DNA of 64,000 bases from an uncultured Acidimicrobiales bacterium (GCA_964618115.1 CAZTZI010000033.1:12944-76943); one strand, 5' to 3'; positions 49,947 to 59,215 are shown, counted from the first letter of the stretch. Program-made: numbers and translations. The notes: generated by a model not told the origin, from the letters alone.

Positions 49947-51784
49947 ACAGCACAGCGACCGACCGGCAGGTCGACCCGATCACGGTGGAGGTGTTGAGCA
50001 GCGCCTTCCGGGCGATCTGCGACGAGGCCAGCGCATTGCTGGCCAAGGGTGCCTACGGGGCGACGATCAGCGAGGGTCACGATCATTCGGGTTCCCTGCT
50101 GACGCGGGAAGCCCGTCTCGTGGCGCACGGACGGCGCGATCAGGCGGCGCACCTGGGAACCTTCGAGGAATCGGTTCGCACCACCATCGAACACGCCGGC
50201 GGGTTCAGGGAGGGCGACGTCTTCGTCTTCAACGATCCCTACCACGGGGGGACGCACCAGCCCGACGTGAAGGTCATCCGGCCGGTGTTCGTGGACGGAT
50301 CGCTCTTCGCCTTCACCATCTCCTGCGGCCATTGGGCCGACGTGGGCGGCCCCATCCCGGGGTCGTTCAATCCGCTGGCCAGGGAGTGCTTCGCCGAGGG
50401 TCTGCGCATCCCGCCCATGCTGCTGGTGGACCAGGGCCGTCCGGTCCGCTCCACCTTCGAGATCATCAAGGCGAACGTGCGGGTGCCCGACGAGCGGATG
50501 GCCGACCTGCACGCCCAGCAGCGGGCCGCCGAGCTGATGGAGCGGCGCCTGCTGGAGTACGTGGCGCAGTTCGGGCGCGACGTCGTCGAGCACACGATGT
50601 ACGCGCTCATGGACCGCAGCGAGGTGCTCCTGCGGGAGGGCATACGGGAGTTGCCCGACGGCCTCTACGAGTTCGAGGACTTCGGGGACTGCGACGTGCT
50701 GCATCCCGACAAGCCGCGCATCCGCGTGCACGTCGGCATGACCATCGAGGGCGACCAGGTCAGCTTCGACTTCAGCAAGTCGGACCCGGCGCCCATCTCG
50801 CCGTTCGGCTTCGCCCGCCCGGCACTGCTCTCGTCGGTCTACGACGGCACGATGCACTGCTTCCCCCATCTGGTGCCGCTGAACCACGGCATCACGCGTT
50901 CGATCGAGGTGATCTCGGTGCCGGGGTCGTGCGTCGACGTGCTGCCCCCCACGCCCGTGCTGGGATTCGCCTCGGGGGCGTACGAGAAGGTTGCCGCCGC
51001 GGTCATGGCGTGCTGGGCGCAGGCCTTCGCCACCGTCGACCCCACGCGGATGCACGCGGCGACGGTCAACCTGGCCAACCTGGCCCTCAGCGGCGACCAT
51101 CCCGAGACCGGCGTTCCGTTCGTCTCGTATCTGTGGAACGAGGGCGGGCAAGGGGCGCGCAGCTACAAGGACGGCAACAGCTTCCAGCTGATGATCTTCA
51201 TCGGCGGTGCCACCAACCAGCCCATCGAGGTGCTGGAGCGGCTCAACGCCATCCGGGCGCTGTCGTGTGAGGCCGTGGGGTCCTCCGCCGGCCACGGGAC
51301 CCATCGCGGCGGGTTCGGGATCGACCGGTCCTTCGAGGCGACGGGCGATCTGATCCTCACGATGCACGGGGACCGCGCGGAGGTGACGCCCTTCGGCCTG
51401 GCGGGAGGCTGCAACGGCGGCGGCAACGTGCTGGTGCTGAACCCCGGCACCACCTCCGAACGATGGTTGGGCATGCACGCCGTCGGGGAGCAGATCCGCA
51501 AGGGCGACGTGTTGCGCTACTCCTCGAACGGCGGCGGCGGCTTCGGTCCGCCGCGCCGGCGAGCGCCCGAGGCGGTGGCGCACGACGTGTCGGAGGGGTA
51601 CTTCGGCCCGGAACTGGCCGCCGAGGTCTACGGCGTGGTGCTGACCGAGACCGAGTCCGGCCATGCGGTCGACGAGGAGGCCACCGCCGAGTTGCGGGCG
51701 AACGGCCTGGACGACCCGCCCGAGGGGTACGGCCCCGGCGAGGTGCACCCGATGGGCCGCAACGTGGTGCCGCGCCCGGCCTAG
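49943..51784 (+). CDS. hyuB: hydantoinase B/oxoprolinase family protein, B subunit
   Basis: ATG 49943 forms an ATGA overlap with the hyuA stop. It contains DPITVEVLSSAF, NDPYHGGTHQPD and GGGGFGPP. Confidence 0.88.
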   Translation: MNSTATDRQVDPITVEVLSSAFRAICDEASALLAKGAYGATISEGHDHSGSLLTREARLVAHGRRDQAAHLGTFEESVRTTIEHAGGFREGDVFVFNDPYHGGTHQPDVKVIRPVFVDGSLFAFTISCGHWADVGGPIPGSFNPLARECFAEGLRIPPMLLVDQGRPVRSTFEIIKANVRVPDERMADLHAQQRAAELMERRLLEYVAQFGRDVVEHTMYALMDRSEVLLREGIRELPDGLYEFEDFGDCDVLHPDKPRIRVHVGMTIEGDQVSFDFSKSDPAPISPFGFARPALLSSVYDGTMHCFPHLVPLNHGITRSIEVISVPGSCVDVLPPTPVLGFASGAYEKVAAAVMACWAQAFATVDPTRMHAATVNLANLALSGDHPETGVPFVSYLWNEGGQGARSYKDGNSFQLMIFIGGATNQPIEVLERLNAIRALSCEAVGSSAGHGTHRGGFGIDRSFEATGDLILTMHGDRAEVTPFGLAGGCNGGGNVLVLNPGTTSERWLGMHAVGEQIRKGDVLRYSSNGGGGFGPPRRRAPEAVAHDVSEGYFGPELAAEVYGVVLTETESGHAVDEEATAELRANGLDDPPEGYGPGEVHPMGRNVVPRPA

Positions 51785-53007
51785 ACCGAGCGGGCGGGCC
51801 GATCCTCGAAGGCGCCGCCGCCGAGAGCGCCCCGTTGCCAGCGGTCGGGTGTGAGGACGAGCGCCCGGGGATAGTCCTCGAAGAGCCAGCGGGCGAAGTT
51901 GCGGCGCGTCCAGGGCGTCGCACCGGAGATCCGCACGGCCGTGTCACATCCCCGGGGACTGCGCAGGGCCTGCCCCAGCATCCGCGTGAAGCGGAAGTCC
52001 CGCTGCAGGTGGCGCTCCACACCTGAGCGGTAGAGGCGCCGGGCGGCTTCGGCGTCGACGGGTCCTGCTGCCTCCAGGGCCTCCGCGGCCAGCAGCCCGC
52101 TCAGCAGTGCCTGACCGATTCCCTCGCCGGTCATCGGGTCGCCCACGCCGGCGGCGTCCCCGCAGAACAGCACGCGTCCCGACGCCAGCGGCAGATCGCC
52201 GAGCCTCGTCGGGATCGGCCAGGCACGTGGGCGGTCGGCCGCGGTGGCGTCCGGCCCCAGAACCGCGGCGATGTGGGGCCGGCCGCGCAATTCCTCCCAG
52301 AGCCGGCCGAGGCTTCCGGTGCGGTGCGTCGAGCGCGACACCCCGAAGCCGATGTTCGCCGCGTCGCCCGGCAGCGGGAACGACCAGACGTAGCCCGGAA
52401 GGATCTCGGGCTCGAACCAGACGCGCAGTGCGGCGGCGGCTTCGGGCCCGACGCCCTCGTAGTACTGGCGGAAGGCGTGCCAGTCGCCCCGGTACGATGG
52501 CAGGGACAGCCCGAGCAGCCGGCGCACCGGCGACCACATGCCGTCGGCGGCGACGGCGTAGCGGGCGTGCAGGGCGCCGGCGTTCGCCGTCGTGAGCACC
52601 ACCCGGTCGCTACTGCCGGTGACGTCCCTGCAGGCGCAGCCGTCGAGGACCGTGACACCGGCCCGGCGTGCCAGGTCCACGAGGGCGGCGTCGAGATCGT
52701 GGCGCTGGGCGGTGGCGGCGTACTGGCCGCGCCGGGGGAACGGGTAGGTCACCTCGCGGCCCGTCGGTGCCCTTATCACCAGGCGCGAGGCCGCATGCCA
52801 CGACGACACCGCGGAGGGTTCGAGCCCCAGGTGCTCCAGCAGTCGCAGCGCCCCCGTGGTGAGGCCGTCGCCGCAGTACTTGTCGCGGGGGAAGCGGGTC
52901 CTGTCCAGCACGGTGACATCCCGCCCGGCCCGGGCCAGCCCGATGGCGGCGGCGATTCCGGCCGGTCCGGCCCCCACCACCGCCACGTCGGCAACCAGGG
53001 GTTTCAC
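51781..53007 (-). CDS. geranylgeranyl reductase family FAD-dependent oxidoreductase (MenJ-like)
   Basis: The start is trimmed to GTG 53007, which forms a GTGA overlap with the VanW stop. It contains DVAVVGAGPAGIAAAIGLARAG, RFPRDKYCGDGLT and GDAAGVGDPMTGEGI. Its 3' end overlaps the hyuB stop by 4 nt in convergent orientation. Confidence 0.85.
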   Translation of the reverse strand: MKPLVADVAVVGAGPAGIAAAIGLARAGRDVTVLDRTRFPRDKYCGDGLTTGALRLLEHLGLEPSAVSSWHAASRLVIRAPTGREVTYPFPRRGQYAATAQRHDLDAALVDLARRAGVTVLDGCACRDVTGSSDRVVLTTANAGALHARYAVAADGMWSPVRRLLGLSLPSYRGDWHAFRQYYEGVGPEAAAALRVWFEPEILPGYVWSFPLPGDAANIGFGVSRSTHRTGSLGRLWEELRGRPHIAAVLGPDATAADRPRAWPIPTRLGDLPLASGRVLFCGDAAGVGDPMTGEGIGQALLSGLLAAEALEAAGPVDAEAARRLYRSGVERHLQRDFRFTRMLGQALRSPRGCDTAVRISGATPWTRRNFARWLFEDYPRALVLTPDRWQRGALGGGAFEDRPARSV

Positions 53008-55091
53008 GCTCCGGTATCGGTGGCCTCGGACTCCGACGGTTCCTCCGATTCGAGAGGGATGGCCTCGTCGGCTTGCTCGGCAGATCCGTTCGCCGGTGGC
53101 TCGGCCGGTTCGGCGATGATCCGGGGGATGTCCTCGGGCCGGGCGCACGAGCCCGGCGAGGCGTCGGCGTCGTCGGGCCCGCAGATCGGGATGCAGGGTT
53201 CGGCCTCGGCATCATCCTCAGCGACGGGCGCCTCGACGCACACGGGGAGGCAACTGTCCGTGCCGTTCGTGCCGGGCGCCTCCGTGCTCGCCGTGCTCTC
53301 GGCAGGAGCACCGGACTGGCCGGGTGACTCGGGCACGGGGCAGAGCGCCCGGCAGGACTCCACCCAGCCGTCGTTGTCGGTGTCCACGGCCCCCTCGCCG
53401 GGAGCGCAGTCCGGCAGGGGCACGAACGGCTCACCCTGGCAGTTCAGACTCTCGGCCGGCTGGTAGAGGGCCTTCACGATGTCCGTCGTGGACGTGCCGT
53501 CGGCGAAGGCGCGGGTGCGCTCGGTGAAGACCTCCACGCACATGTCCTCGGGCTCCTCCCACTGGTCGCTCTGCGTGACGGTCATGTGCAGCGTGCTGTA
53601 GACCTGCACCGTGACCGAGTCCTCCGTGGACGTCGGCCACAGCAGAATCGTGTAGGGCGTGTTGTTGATGAGTTGCAGATCGGGATGCGGGTAGGAGATG
53701 GTCGCCTCGCGCCCGTACGGGTAGCGGCTCAGGTAGATGGAGTGCGCCTGGTACTCCCCGAAGTCCAGGCCGGCGAAGAAGGCCGCATTGAACAGCGTCG
53801 TGGCGAACTGCGACACACCGCCCCCGATGTCCTTCTGGAACTTGCCGAGGTAGATCACGCCGCCGTCGACGAACCCCTTCGCCTCGGTGCGCCGCCCCAC
53901 GTAGTCGTTCACCGACCACGTCTCGCCCGGGGCGATGAGGGCGCCCTGCACCAGCTCGGCGATGCGGCGGATGTTCGTCACTCGTGACTGACCGGCGGTG
54001 AAATACGTCGTGAACTCGCCCACGAGCTCGCGGACACCCGTCTCGGCGATGAGGTCGCCCTCGCTGCCCGGCTGGTCGGTGAGGTGCAGCCTGACCTCGA
54101 AGTGGCGGGCCTGCAGGGCGGCCAGCACGGCCTCGCCGGCGTTGGGGGCACAGCAGCGGCGCGCTGTCCGGGCGTCGACCGCCACAGGCACGCCGTCCAC
54201 CACGTCGAACCTGCCGGGGTCGCCGGGCGTCCCGACGTTCGCCATGCGCTCCTCGATGATCTGGGTGACGTAGGCGGTGTCCAGATCGATGGTGGGCGGG
54301 TCGCCGGGCGTGATCTCCAGCCAGCTGCGAACCTCGAACGGCACGAAGTCCCTGATCGCATCCTCGACGTAGACGACCACGCCCAGCGAGGTGCGGAGGT
54401 TCACGTCGTCGGCGGTCGGCTGGAGATCGAAGGCCGTGACCTGCGGGGGGAACGAGGAGGGCTCGACCACGATGACGTCCGGCACCGTCCGCGCCGCCGC
54501 CGCCTGGCGCACCGCCCCGCGGATGTCGGCAGGCGTGACCGTCAGGCCCGTGACGCCCGGCTCGACCACGAAGACGCCGTCGCGCAACTCCAGCCGCGCC
54601 GGCGAGGCGTCGCGGATCAGCACCGGGTCGATGCCGTCGGCGAACTGCTGCGCCACGATCTCGTCCCAGGTCACGATGGCGTCGATGTTGTGGTCTCCGA
54701 AGAAGGAGGCCGCCCAGGCGATGGGCGAGGCCCCGGTCTGGCCCGCGGCCAGGGCGGCGTCCACGTTGGCCTCCACGTCGAGGCTGAAGCCGAGTTGGGT
54801 CGTGGTCGCCGGGATCGTCCCGGCAGGTGTGAGCAGCGGCAGATCGCGGGTGGCGAAGTCGATCGACAGCTTCTGGACCTCGTTGCGGATCTCCTCCTCG
54901 GACAGCCCGCCCACCTCCACGCCCTCGATCAGGACGTTCTGCACGGATCGTCCGGACCGCACGACGACATCGGCGATGTAGACGCCGAGGAAGCCCATAC
55001 CGAGCGCGCCGAGCAGGATCGCCAGCAGGCGGAGATACCGCGGCCGCGGGCGCCGGTGGCCGCCCGCAGGCCCCCGGGCAGGAGGCGGCAT
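53004..55091 (-). CDS. VanW family protein with N-terminal membrane anchor and acidic Cys-rich C-terminal tail
   Basis: 695 aa. The N-terminus is basic followed by a TM segment (LRLLAILLGALGMGFLGVYIA). The VanW core is GKFQKDIGGGVSQFATTLFNAAFFAGL...YLSRYPYGREATISYPHPDL. The C-terminal ~170 aa are rich in D/E/P/C and contain DTDNDGW. Confidence 0.8.
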   Translation of the reverse strand: MPPPARGPAGGHRRPRPRYLRLLAILLGALGMGFLGVYIADVVVRSGRSVQNVLIEGVEVGGLSEEEIRNEVQKLSIDFATRDLPLLTPAGTIPATTTQLGFSLDVEANVDAALAAGQTGASPIAWAASFFGDHNIDAIVTWDEIVAQQFADGIDPVLIRDASPARLELRDGVFVVEPGVTGLTVTPADIRGAVRQAAAARTVPDVIVVEPSSFPPQVTAFDLQPTADDVNLRTSLGVVVYVEDAIRDFVPFEVRSWLEITPGDPPTIDLDTAYVTQIIEERMANVGTPGDPGRFDVVDGVPVAVDARTARRCCAPNAGEAVLAALQARHFEVRLHLTDQPGSEGDLIAETGVRELVGEFTTYFTAGQSRVTNIRRIAELVQGALIAPGETWSVNDYVGRRTEAKGFVDGGVIYLGKFQKDIGGGVSQFATTLFNAAFFAGLDFGEYQAHSIYLSRYPYGREATISYPHPDLQLINNTPYTILLWPTSTEDSVTVQVYSTLHMTVTQSDQWEEPEDMCVEVFTERTRAFADGTSTTDIVKALYQPAESLNCQGEPFVPLPDCAPGEGAVDTDNDGWVESCRALCPVPESPGQSGAPAESTASTEAPGTNGTDSCLPVCVEAPVAEDDAEAEPCIPICGPDDADASPGSCARPEDIPRIIAEPAEPPANGSAEQADEAIPLESEEPSESEATDTGA

Positions 55092-55176
55092 ATCGGGGGA
55101 GACTATGCCTTGAGGCTACCGGCGCGGGAGGCTGTCAAGGGGGCGGATCTTCTATGGTTTGCGCCCGGTCTGTGTC

Positions 55177-55234
55177 GAATCCCCGGCGCTGAATCCCTGC
55201 TGAAACCCTGGTGAATCCCTGGGAGAGAGTCCCT
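55177..55234. repeat. degenerate short array of GAATCCC-type units (GAATCCC x3, GAAACCC, GAGTCCC; 11-15-nt spacing)
   Basis: The units start at 55177, 55191, 55202, 55213 and 55228 in the non-coding gap between the VanW gene and nucS. Confidence 0.6.
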
Positions 55235-55271
55235 GGGAGACTGCTGAGTGATGCTGCGGGCCACACGATCC

Positions 55272-55297
55272 GTCATTGCGGCGGAGGCCGGAATCCA
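55272..55297. repeat. REP-like palindromic element, copy 2 (GTCATTGCGGCGGAGGCCGGAATCCA)
   Basis: It is 24/26 identical to 21239-21264, and both copies are preceded by CGATC. The stem has one mismatch in this copy. Confidence 0.7.
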
Positions 55298-55345
55298 TGG
55301 TCCGGCGGATCCGACGGCGTCCGGCGTGGACTACTCGGCACACTC

Positions 55346-56005
55346 CTAGAACAGTCTCAGATCCTCGGGTTTGTCGCCGCGGAGCGCGGCGTAGTCCACG
55401 ACCTTGCAGCGGATCCCGCGGGCGTCGGCCAGCACCCGGGCCTGCGGCTTGATCTCCTCGGCCACGAACAGGCCCTGGACGGGTTGCAGGGCGGGATCGG
55501 CGTTCAGGAACTCCACGTAGCGGTTGAGTTGCTCCACCCCGTGTGTCTCGCCGCGCCGCTTGATCTCCACCGCCACCGCCGCGCCGTCGGCGTCCCGGCA
55601 GAGCATGTCCACGGGGCCGACCGCGGTGGGGTACTCCCGGCGCACCAGCCGGAAGCCGTCCTCGAGCACCGTGGGGTCGGCCGCCAGCAGTTCTTGCAGG
55701 TGGGCCTCCACGCCGTCCTTGCGCAGCCCGGGGTCGCTGCCCAGGTCGTGGGTGACGTCGGACAGGACCTCCAGGAGCTCGATGACCAGCTGCTCGCCGC
55801 GGGTGTTGGTGACCGTCCAGCGTTCGGGACTCTCGGTGAGGGTGTTGGGCGGGTTCATCCAGTTGAGCGGCTTGTAGGCGCCGCCGTCGGCGTGGACGGC
55901 GATGCTCCCGTCGGCCTTGACCATGATCAGGCGTACGGCTTCGGCCAGGTGCGCGGCCAGCCGACCCTCGTAGTCGACGGTGCAGCGGGCGACGAGGATG
56001 CGCAT
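55346..56005 (-). CDS. nucS: endonuclease NucS (EndoMS, non-canonical mismatch repair)
   Basis: 219 aa. [20 protein letters not shown]...[24 protein letters not shown]...[22 protein letters not shown]...[13 protein letters not shown] fits the NucS family end to end. Confidence 0.92.
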   Translation of the reverse strand: MRILVARCTVDYEGRLAAHLAEAVRLIMVKADGSIAVHADGGAYKPLNWMNPPNTLTESPERWTVTNTRGEQLVIELLEVLSDVTHDLGSDPGLRKDGVEAHLQELLAADPTVLEDGFRLVRREYPTAVGPVDMLCRDADGAAVAVEIKRRGETHGVEQLNRYVEFLNADPALQPVQGLFVAEEIKPQARVLADARGIRCKVVDYAALRGDKPEDLRLF

Positions 56006-56011
56006 GGAGGC

Positions 56012-56848
56012 TCAGCTCGCGGTTGTGCCCACGGGCGCGGTGAGCGCGGCGAGCGCCGCCTCGGCCACCTCGGGGCGGCACACCAGCAAATCGGGGAGTT
56101 CGACGTCGGGACGGTTGTACCGCAGGGCCCGACCGTCGAGGCGGGAGGCGTGCAGGCCGCAGGCCAGCGCCACCGCCACCGGGGCGGCGGAGTCCCACTC
56201 CGACTGACCCCCGGAGTGCACGTACGCCACCGCCCTGCCGCGGATGACCTCTGCCACCTTGGCGCCGACCGAGCCGCGCGTGACCAGTTCGCCGCCGAGC
56301 GCCGCCGCCACCGCCCAGGCGTGGGGCGCGGGGCGGGTCCGGCTGGTGATCACCCGCATCCGGCCTGATGCCGGTTTGCCCGTGGGCGCCGCCGGGGGCT
56401 GTGACAGGGGATCGGCGGTGCTGAGGGTGACGCCCTCGGCGGGCAGCGCCACGGCGCCTGCGGTGGGCGCGCCGTCGATGGCCAGGGCCACGTGCACGGC
56501 CCAGTCGGTCCGTCGCGGTTCGCCGTACTGGCGGGTGCCGTCGAGCGGGTCGATGATCCACACCCTCCGGTGGTCCAGGCGTCGCCGGTCGTCGGGCGCC
56601 TCCTCGGAGAGCACGGCGTCGTCGGGCCGCGCCTCGGCGAGCGCGCCGGCGAGGAACTCATGCGCCAGCCGGTCGCCGCTGTCGCGCAGGTCGGCGAGAT
56701 GGTCGTGGGCGTCGCCGGACTCGCGCCGGTGCCGTTCCAGCAGGTCCAGCAGGAGCGTCCCGGTCTCCGTCGCCAACTCCGCTGCCAGACGATGGTCCGC
56801 GACATCGGCCCGGGCGCGATCGACGGGCGAGTTGCTACCGGAGGACAC
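56012..56848 (-). CDS. cysQ: 3'(2'),5'-bisphosphate nucleotidase CysQ / inositol monophosphatase family
   Basis: LSEE..., WIIDPLDGTRQY and WDSAAPVAVALACG are IMPase/CysQ motifs. Confidence 0.8.
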   Translation of the reverse strand: MSSGSNSPVDRARADVADHRLAAELATETGTLLLDLLERHRRESGDAHDHLADLRDSGDRLAHEFLAGALAEARPDDAVLSEEAPDDRRRLDHRRVWIIDPLDGTRQYGEPRRTDWAVHVALAIDGAPTAGAVALPAEGVTLSTADPLSQPPAAPTGKPASGRMRVITSRTRPAPHAWAVAAALGGELVTRGSVGAKVAEVIRGRAVAYVHSGGQSEWDSAAPVAVALACGLHASRLDGRALRYNRPDVELPDLLVCRPEVAEAALAALTAPVGTTAS

Positions 56849-56888
56849 GCCCTCACCCTAACGACGTGGCGTCCCGGGGATGGCAGCG

Positions 56889-57641
56889 TCAGCGGCGGGG
56901 GTGGTCGGCGCGGGCGACGGCTGCCCGGTGGGCGGCCTGCTCCAGCCGGTCGTCGAGCGGCTCGAGGTCGAACGACCGCCCGTAGCGGTGCTCCAGCGCC
57001 CAGCCCAGCAGCAGATCGGCCAGCCAGGGGTTCTTCGGCAGCAGGGGACCGTGCAGGTAGGTGCCGATCGTGCGGTTGGCCATCGCTCCCTCGGTGCGGT
57101 CCGTGCCGTTGTTGCCGTGGCCCTTCGCGACTCGCCCCAGCGCCTTGGCCCCGTCGCCGAGCTTGGTGCGCCCGGCGTGGTTCTCGTAGCCGACGAGTTG
57201 ACCTGACGCGGGTCCCAGGTCGCTGTGCAGCACGATGTCGCCGATCAGGCGGCTGTCTCCCGCCACCGTCGTGACGTCGAGGACGCCGACACCCGCCACG
57301 GTCTCGCCGCCGGCGGTCCGGTAGCTGTGCCCGGCGAGCTGGTAGCCGCCGCAAACGAAGAGACCTGCCGCGCCGCCGTCGAGCAGGGCGCGTACGCCGG
57401 CGGCCTTGGTGGCCGGCAGGTCGGCGGCGACGAGGAGTTGATCCCGGTCCTGCCCGCCACCCAGATAGAGAAGGTCGGCACTCTCGGGAGGGATCGTCTC
57501 GCCGGGTCCCGCCTCTGTGACGGCCAGGTCCAGCCCGCGGCGGCGCAATCGCTGGGCGAATACGGCGATGTTGCCCCGGTCGGCATAGATGTTCATCTCC
57601 CGGGGATACAGATGGCAGAGCCGTACGGTCGGGGTGCTCAC
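56889..57641 (-). CDS. gatD: lipid II isoglutaminyl synthase, glutaminase subunit GatD (type 1 glutamine amidotransferase, CobB/CobQ-like)
   Basis: The start is trimmed to GTG 57641, which forms a GTGA overlap with the murT stop. It contains RLCHLYPREMNIYADRGN, FVCGGYQLAGHSY, GYENHAGRT and GTYLHGPLLPKNP. Confidence 0.85.
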   Translation of the reverse strand: MSTPTVRLCHLYPREMNIYADRGNIAVFAQRLRRRGLDLAVTEAGPGETIPPESADLLYLGGGQDRDQLLVAADLPATKAAGVRALLDGGAAGLFVCGGYQLAGHSYRTAGGETVAGVGVLDVTTVAGDSRLIGDIVLHSDLGPASGQLVGYENHAGRTKLGDGAKALGRVAKGHGNNGTDRTEGAMANRTIGTYLHGPLLPKNPWLADLLLGWALEHRYGRSFDLEPLDDRLEQAAHRAAVARADHPRR

Positions 57642-59215
57642 GTCTCGTGCCAGAAGTCGTGGGCGGCGCCGCGGCGCACCAGCTCGGCCCGCACGTCCAG
57701 CAGGGCTGTGTAGGTGGGCAACACGTAGAGCACGCCGCCCGGCGGGGTGGCGGCCACGGCGCTGTCGAGCGCGTCCGGCAGGCTCTCGCGCACTTCGAAG
57801 CGTGCCGGGTCCAGCCCGCCGTAGGAGAACCGGAGGGCCAGCTCCCAGCAGCGGTCGCCGGCCAGGGTCAGGCCGCCGATGCTGTCCCACAGGGGCTCGT
57901 AGTCCACGTCCCAGATCCACGACGGGTCGCGCCCGTCGGCGGTGCGGTCGTTGAGCACCACCAGCAGGTGGAGGGGCGCCGGCTCGGCCAGCACGCAGCG
58001 GATGTTCTCGTTGGCGCCGGTGGGGTTCTTGGCCAGCAGCAGCCGCAGGGAGCGCCCGTCGAGGTTCACCTGCTCGGCCCGCCCGAAGGCCGCCTGCACC
58101 CCTGCGATGCCCGAGCGCACGGATTCGGCGGGCACCCCCAGGGCGAGCGCAGCCGCCACCGCCGCGGTGACGTTGTAGGCGTTGTGCAGGCCACCCAGGC
58201 CGGCGCTCACCTCGATCTCGCTGTCGGCCCCGTCGACACCGCTGATGGTCAGAGTCAGACGGTCGAGTCCGTCGAGGCGCACCCGCCGGGCACGGATGTG
58301 AGGCTCGGGCCGGTGCAGGCCGCAGCCCTCGCAGCGCCAGTGCCCGAGGTGCCCCACCGTCACCAGGTCGTGGCTCAGCAGGTGACCGCAGTTGCCGCAG
58401 CGCACCGTGTCGGCGGCGTGTGGCAGCTCTGGGCGTCCGACGCCCGGATCGTCGATGCCGAACAGCACGACGTTCGGCGGGTCGGCACCGATGCGCTCCA
58501 GCGCCGGCGGCATGAATGTCTGGGACATCGTTGCGTCGATGGGGCCTGCGGCGATGCTCTCGGGCGCACCCTCGGGCCAGTACGGCTGGAACATGGGCTC
58601 GCGGGTCCGGAGGGTGCCGAGGTGGGCCAGCGCCGGGTCGTCGGCGTTGAGCAGCATGGTCGTGGCCGGGCCCACGCGGCGGGCCAGGTCGCCCCAGCGC
58701 TCGGCGATGGTCTCCAACTCGCCATAGCGGTCGAGCTGGTCCCGGAACAGGTTCATGAGCACCAGGGCCCTGGGCTGCAGTGCATCGGCGACCTGGCCGA
58801 GGGCGCCCTCGTCCACCTCGAAGACGCCGATCCCGCCACAGCCCGTCATCTCCCCGCCGGCGCTGCCGCGTCCGCGGGTGCGGGCTCGCTCGGTGGCGCG
58901 CCGGCGCCGCTGCCGCACCAGCAGGGCGGCTGTGACACCGCTTGCCAGGTTGGCGCCGGCGGCGTTGGCCGTCACGTCACGGCCGTCGGCGCGCAGGCAG
59001 GCGCTCAGCAGGCGGGCCGTGGTGGTCTTGCCGTTGGTTGCCGAGATGTACACCGCGCCGCCGCCCAGGCTCCCGCCCAGCCGCGACAGCGCACCCGGTT
59101 CCAGCCTGTTCAGCACCATCCCGGGCAGGCTCGTGCCCCCGCCCCGCCCGGTGGCGCGGGAGAGGGCGCCGGCCGAGGCGGCGATCATCTCGGCAAGGCG
59201 GCCCACGCTCCGCAT
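57638..59215 (-). CDS. murT: lipid II isoglutaminyl synthase, Mur-ligase-like subunit MurT
   Basis: The start is set at ATG 59215 (MRSVGRLAEMIAASAGALSR). It has the P-loop ISATNGKTTTA, VFEVDEG, the Cys4 ribbon RCGNCGH...WRCEGCG and a DUF1727-like C-terminus. Confidence 0.85.
   Translation of the reverse strand: MRSVGRLAEMIAASAGALSRATGRGGGTSLPGMVLNRLEPGALSRLGGSLGGGAVYISATNGKTTTARLLSACLRADGRDVTANAAGANLASGVTAALLVRQRRRRATERARTRGRGSAGGEMTGCGGIGVFEVDEGALGQVADALQPRALVLMNLFRDQLDRYGELETIAERWGDLARRVGPATTMLLNADDPALAHLGTLRTREPMFQPYWPEGAPESIAAGPIDATMSQTFMPPALERIGADPPNVVLFGIDDPGVGRPELPHAADTVRCGNCGHLLSHDLVTVGHLGHWRCEGCGLHRPEPHIRARRVRLDGLDRLTLTISGVDGADSEIEVSAGLGGLHNAYNVTAAVAAALALGVPAESVRSGIAGVQAAFGRAEQVNLDGRSLRLLLAKNPTGANENIRCVLAEPAPLHLLVVLNDRTADGRDPSWIWDVDYEPLWDSIGGLTLAGDRCWELALRFSYGGLDPARFEVRESLPDALDSAVAATPPGGVLYVLPTYTALLDVRAELVRRGAAHDFWHET

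Noticed and set aside
58832-58915. Arg-rich segment (RQRRRRATERARTRGRGSAGGEMTGCGG) in MurT that looked like an insertion.
   Set aside because: I cannot recall the length of this connector in characterised MurT proteins well enough. It needs an alignment, so I do not report it as a finding.
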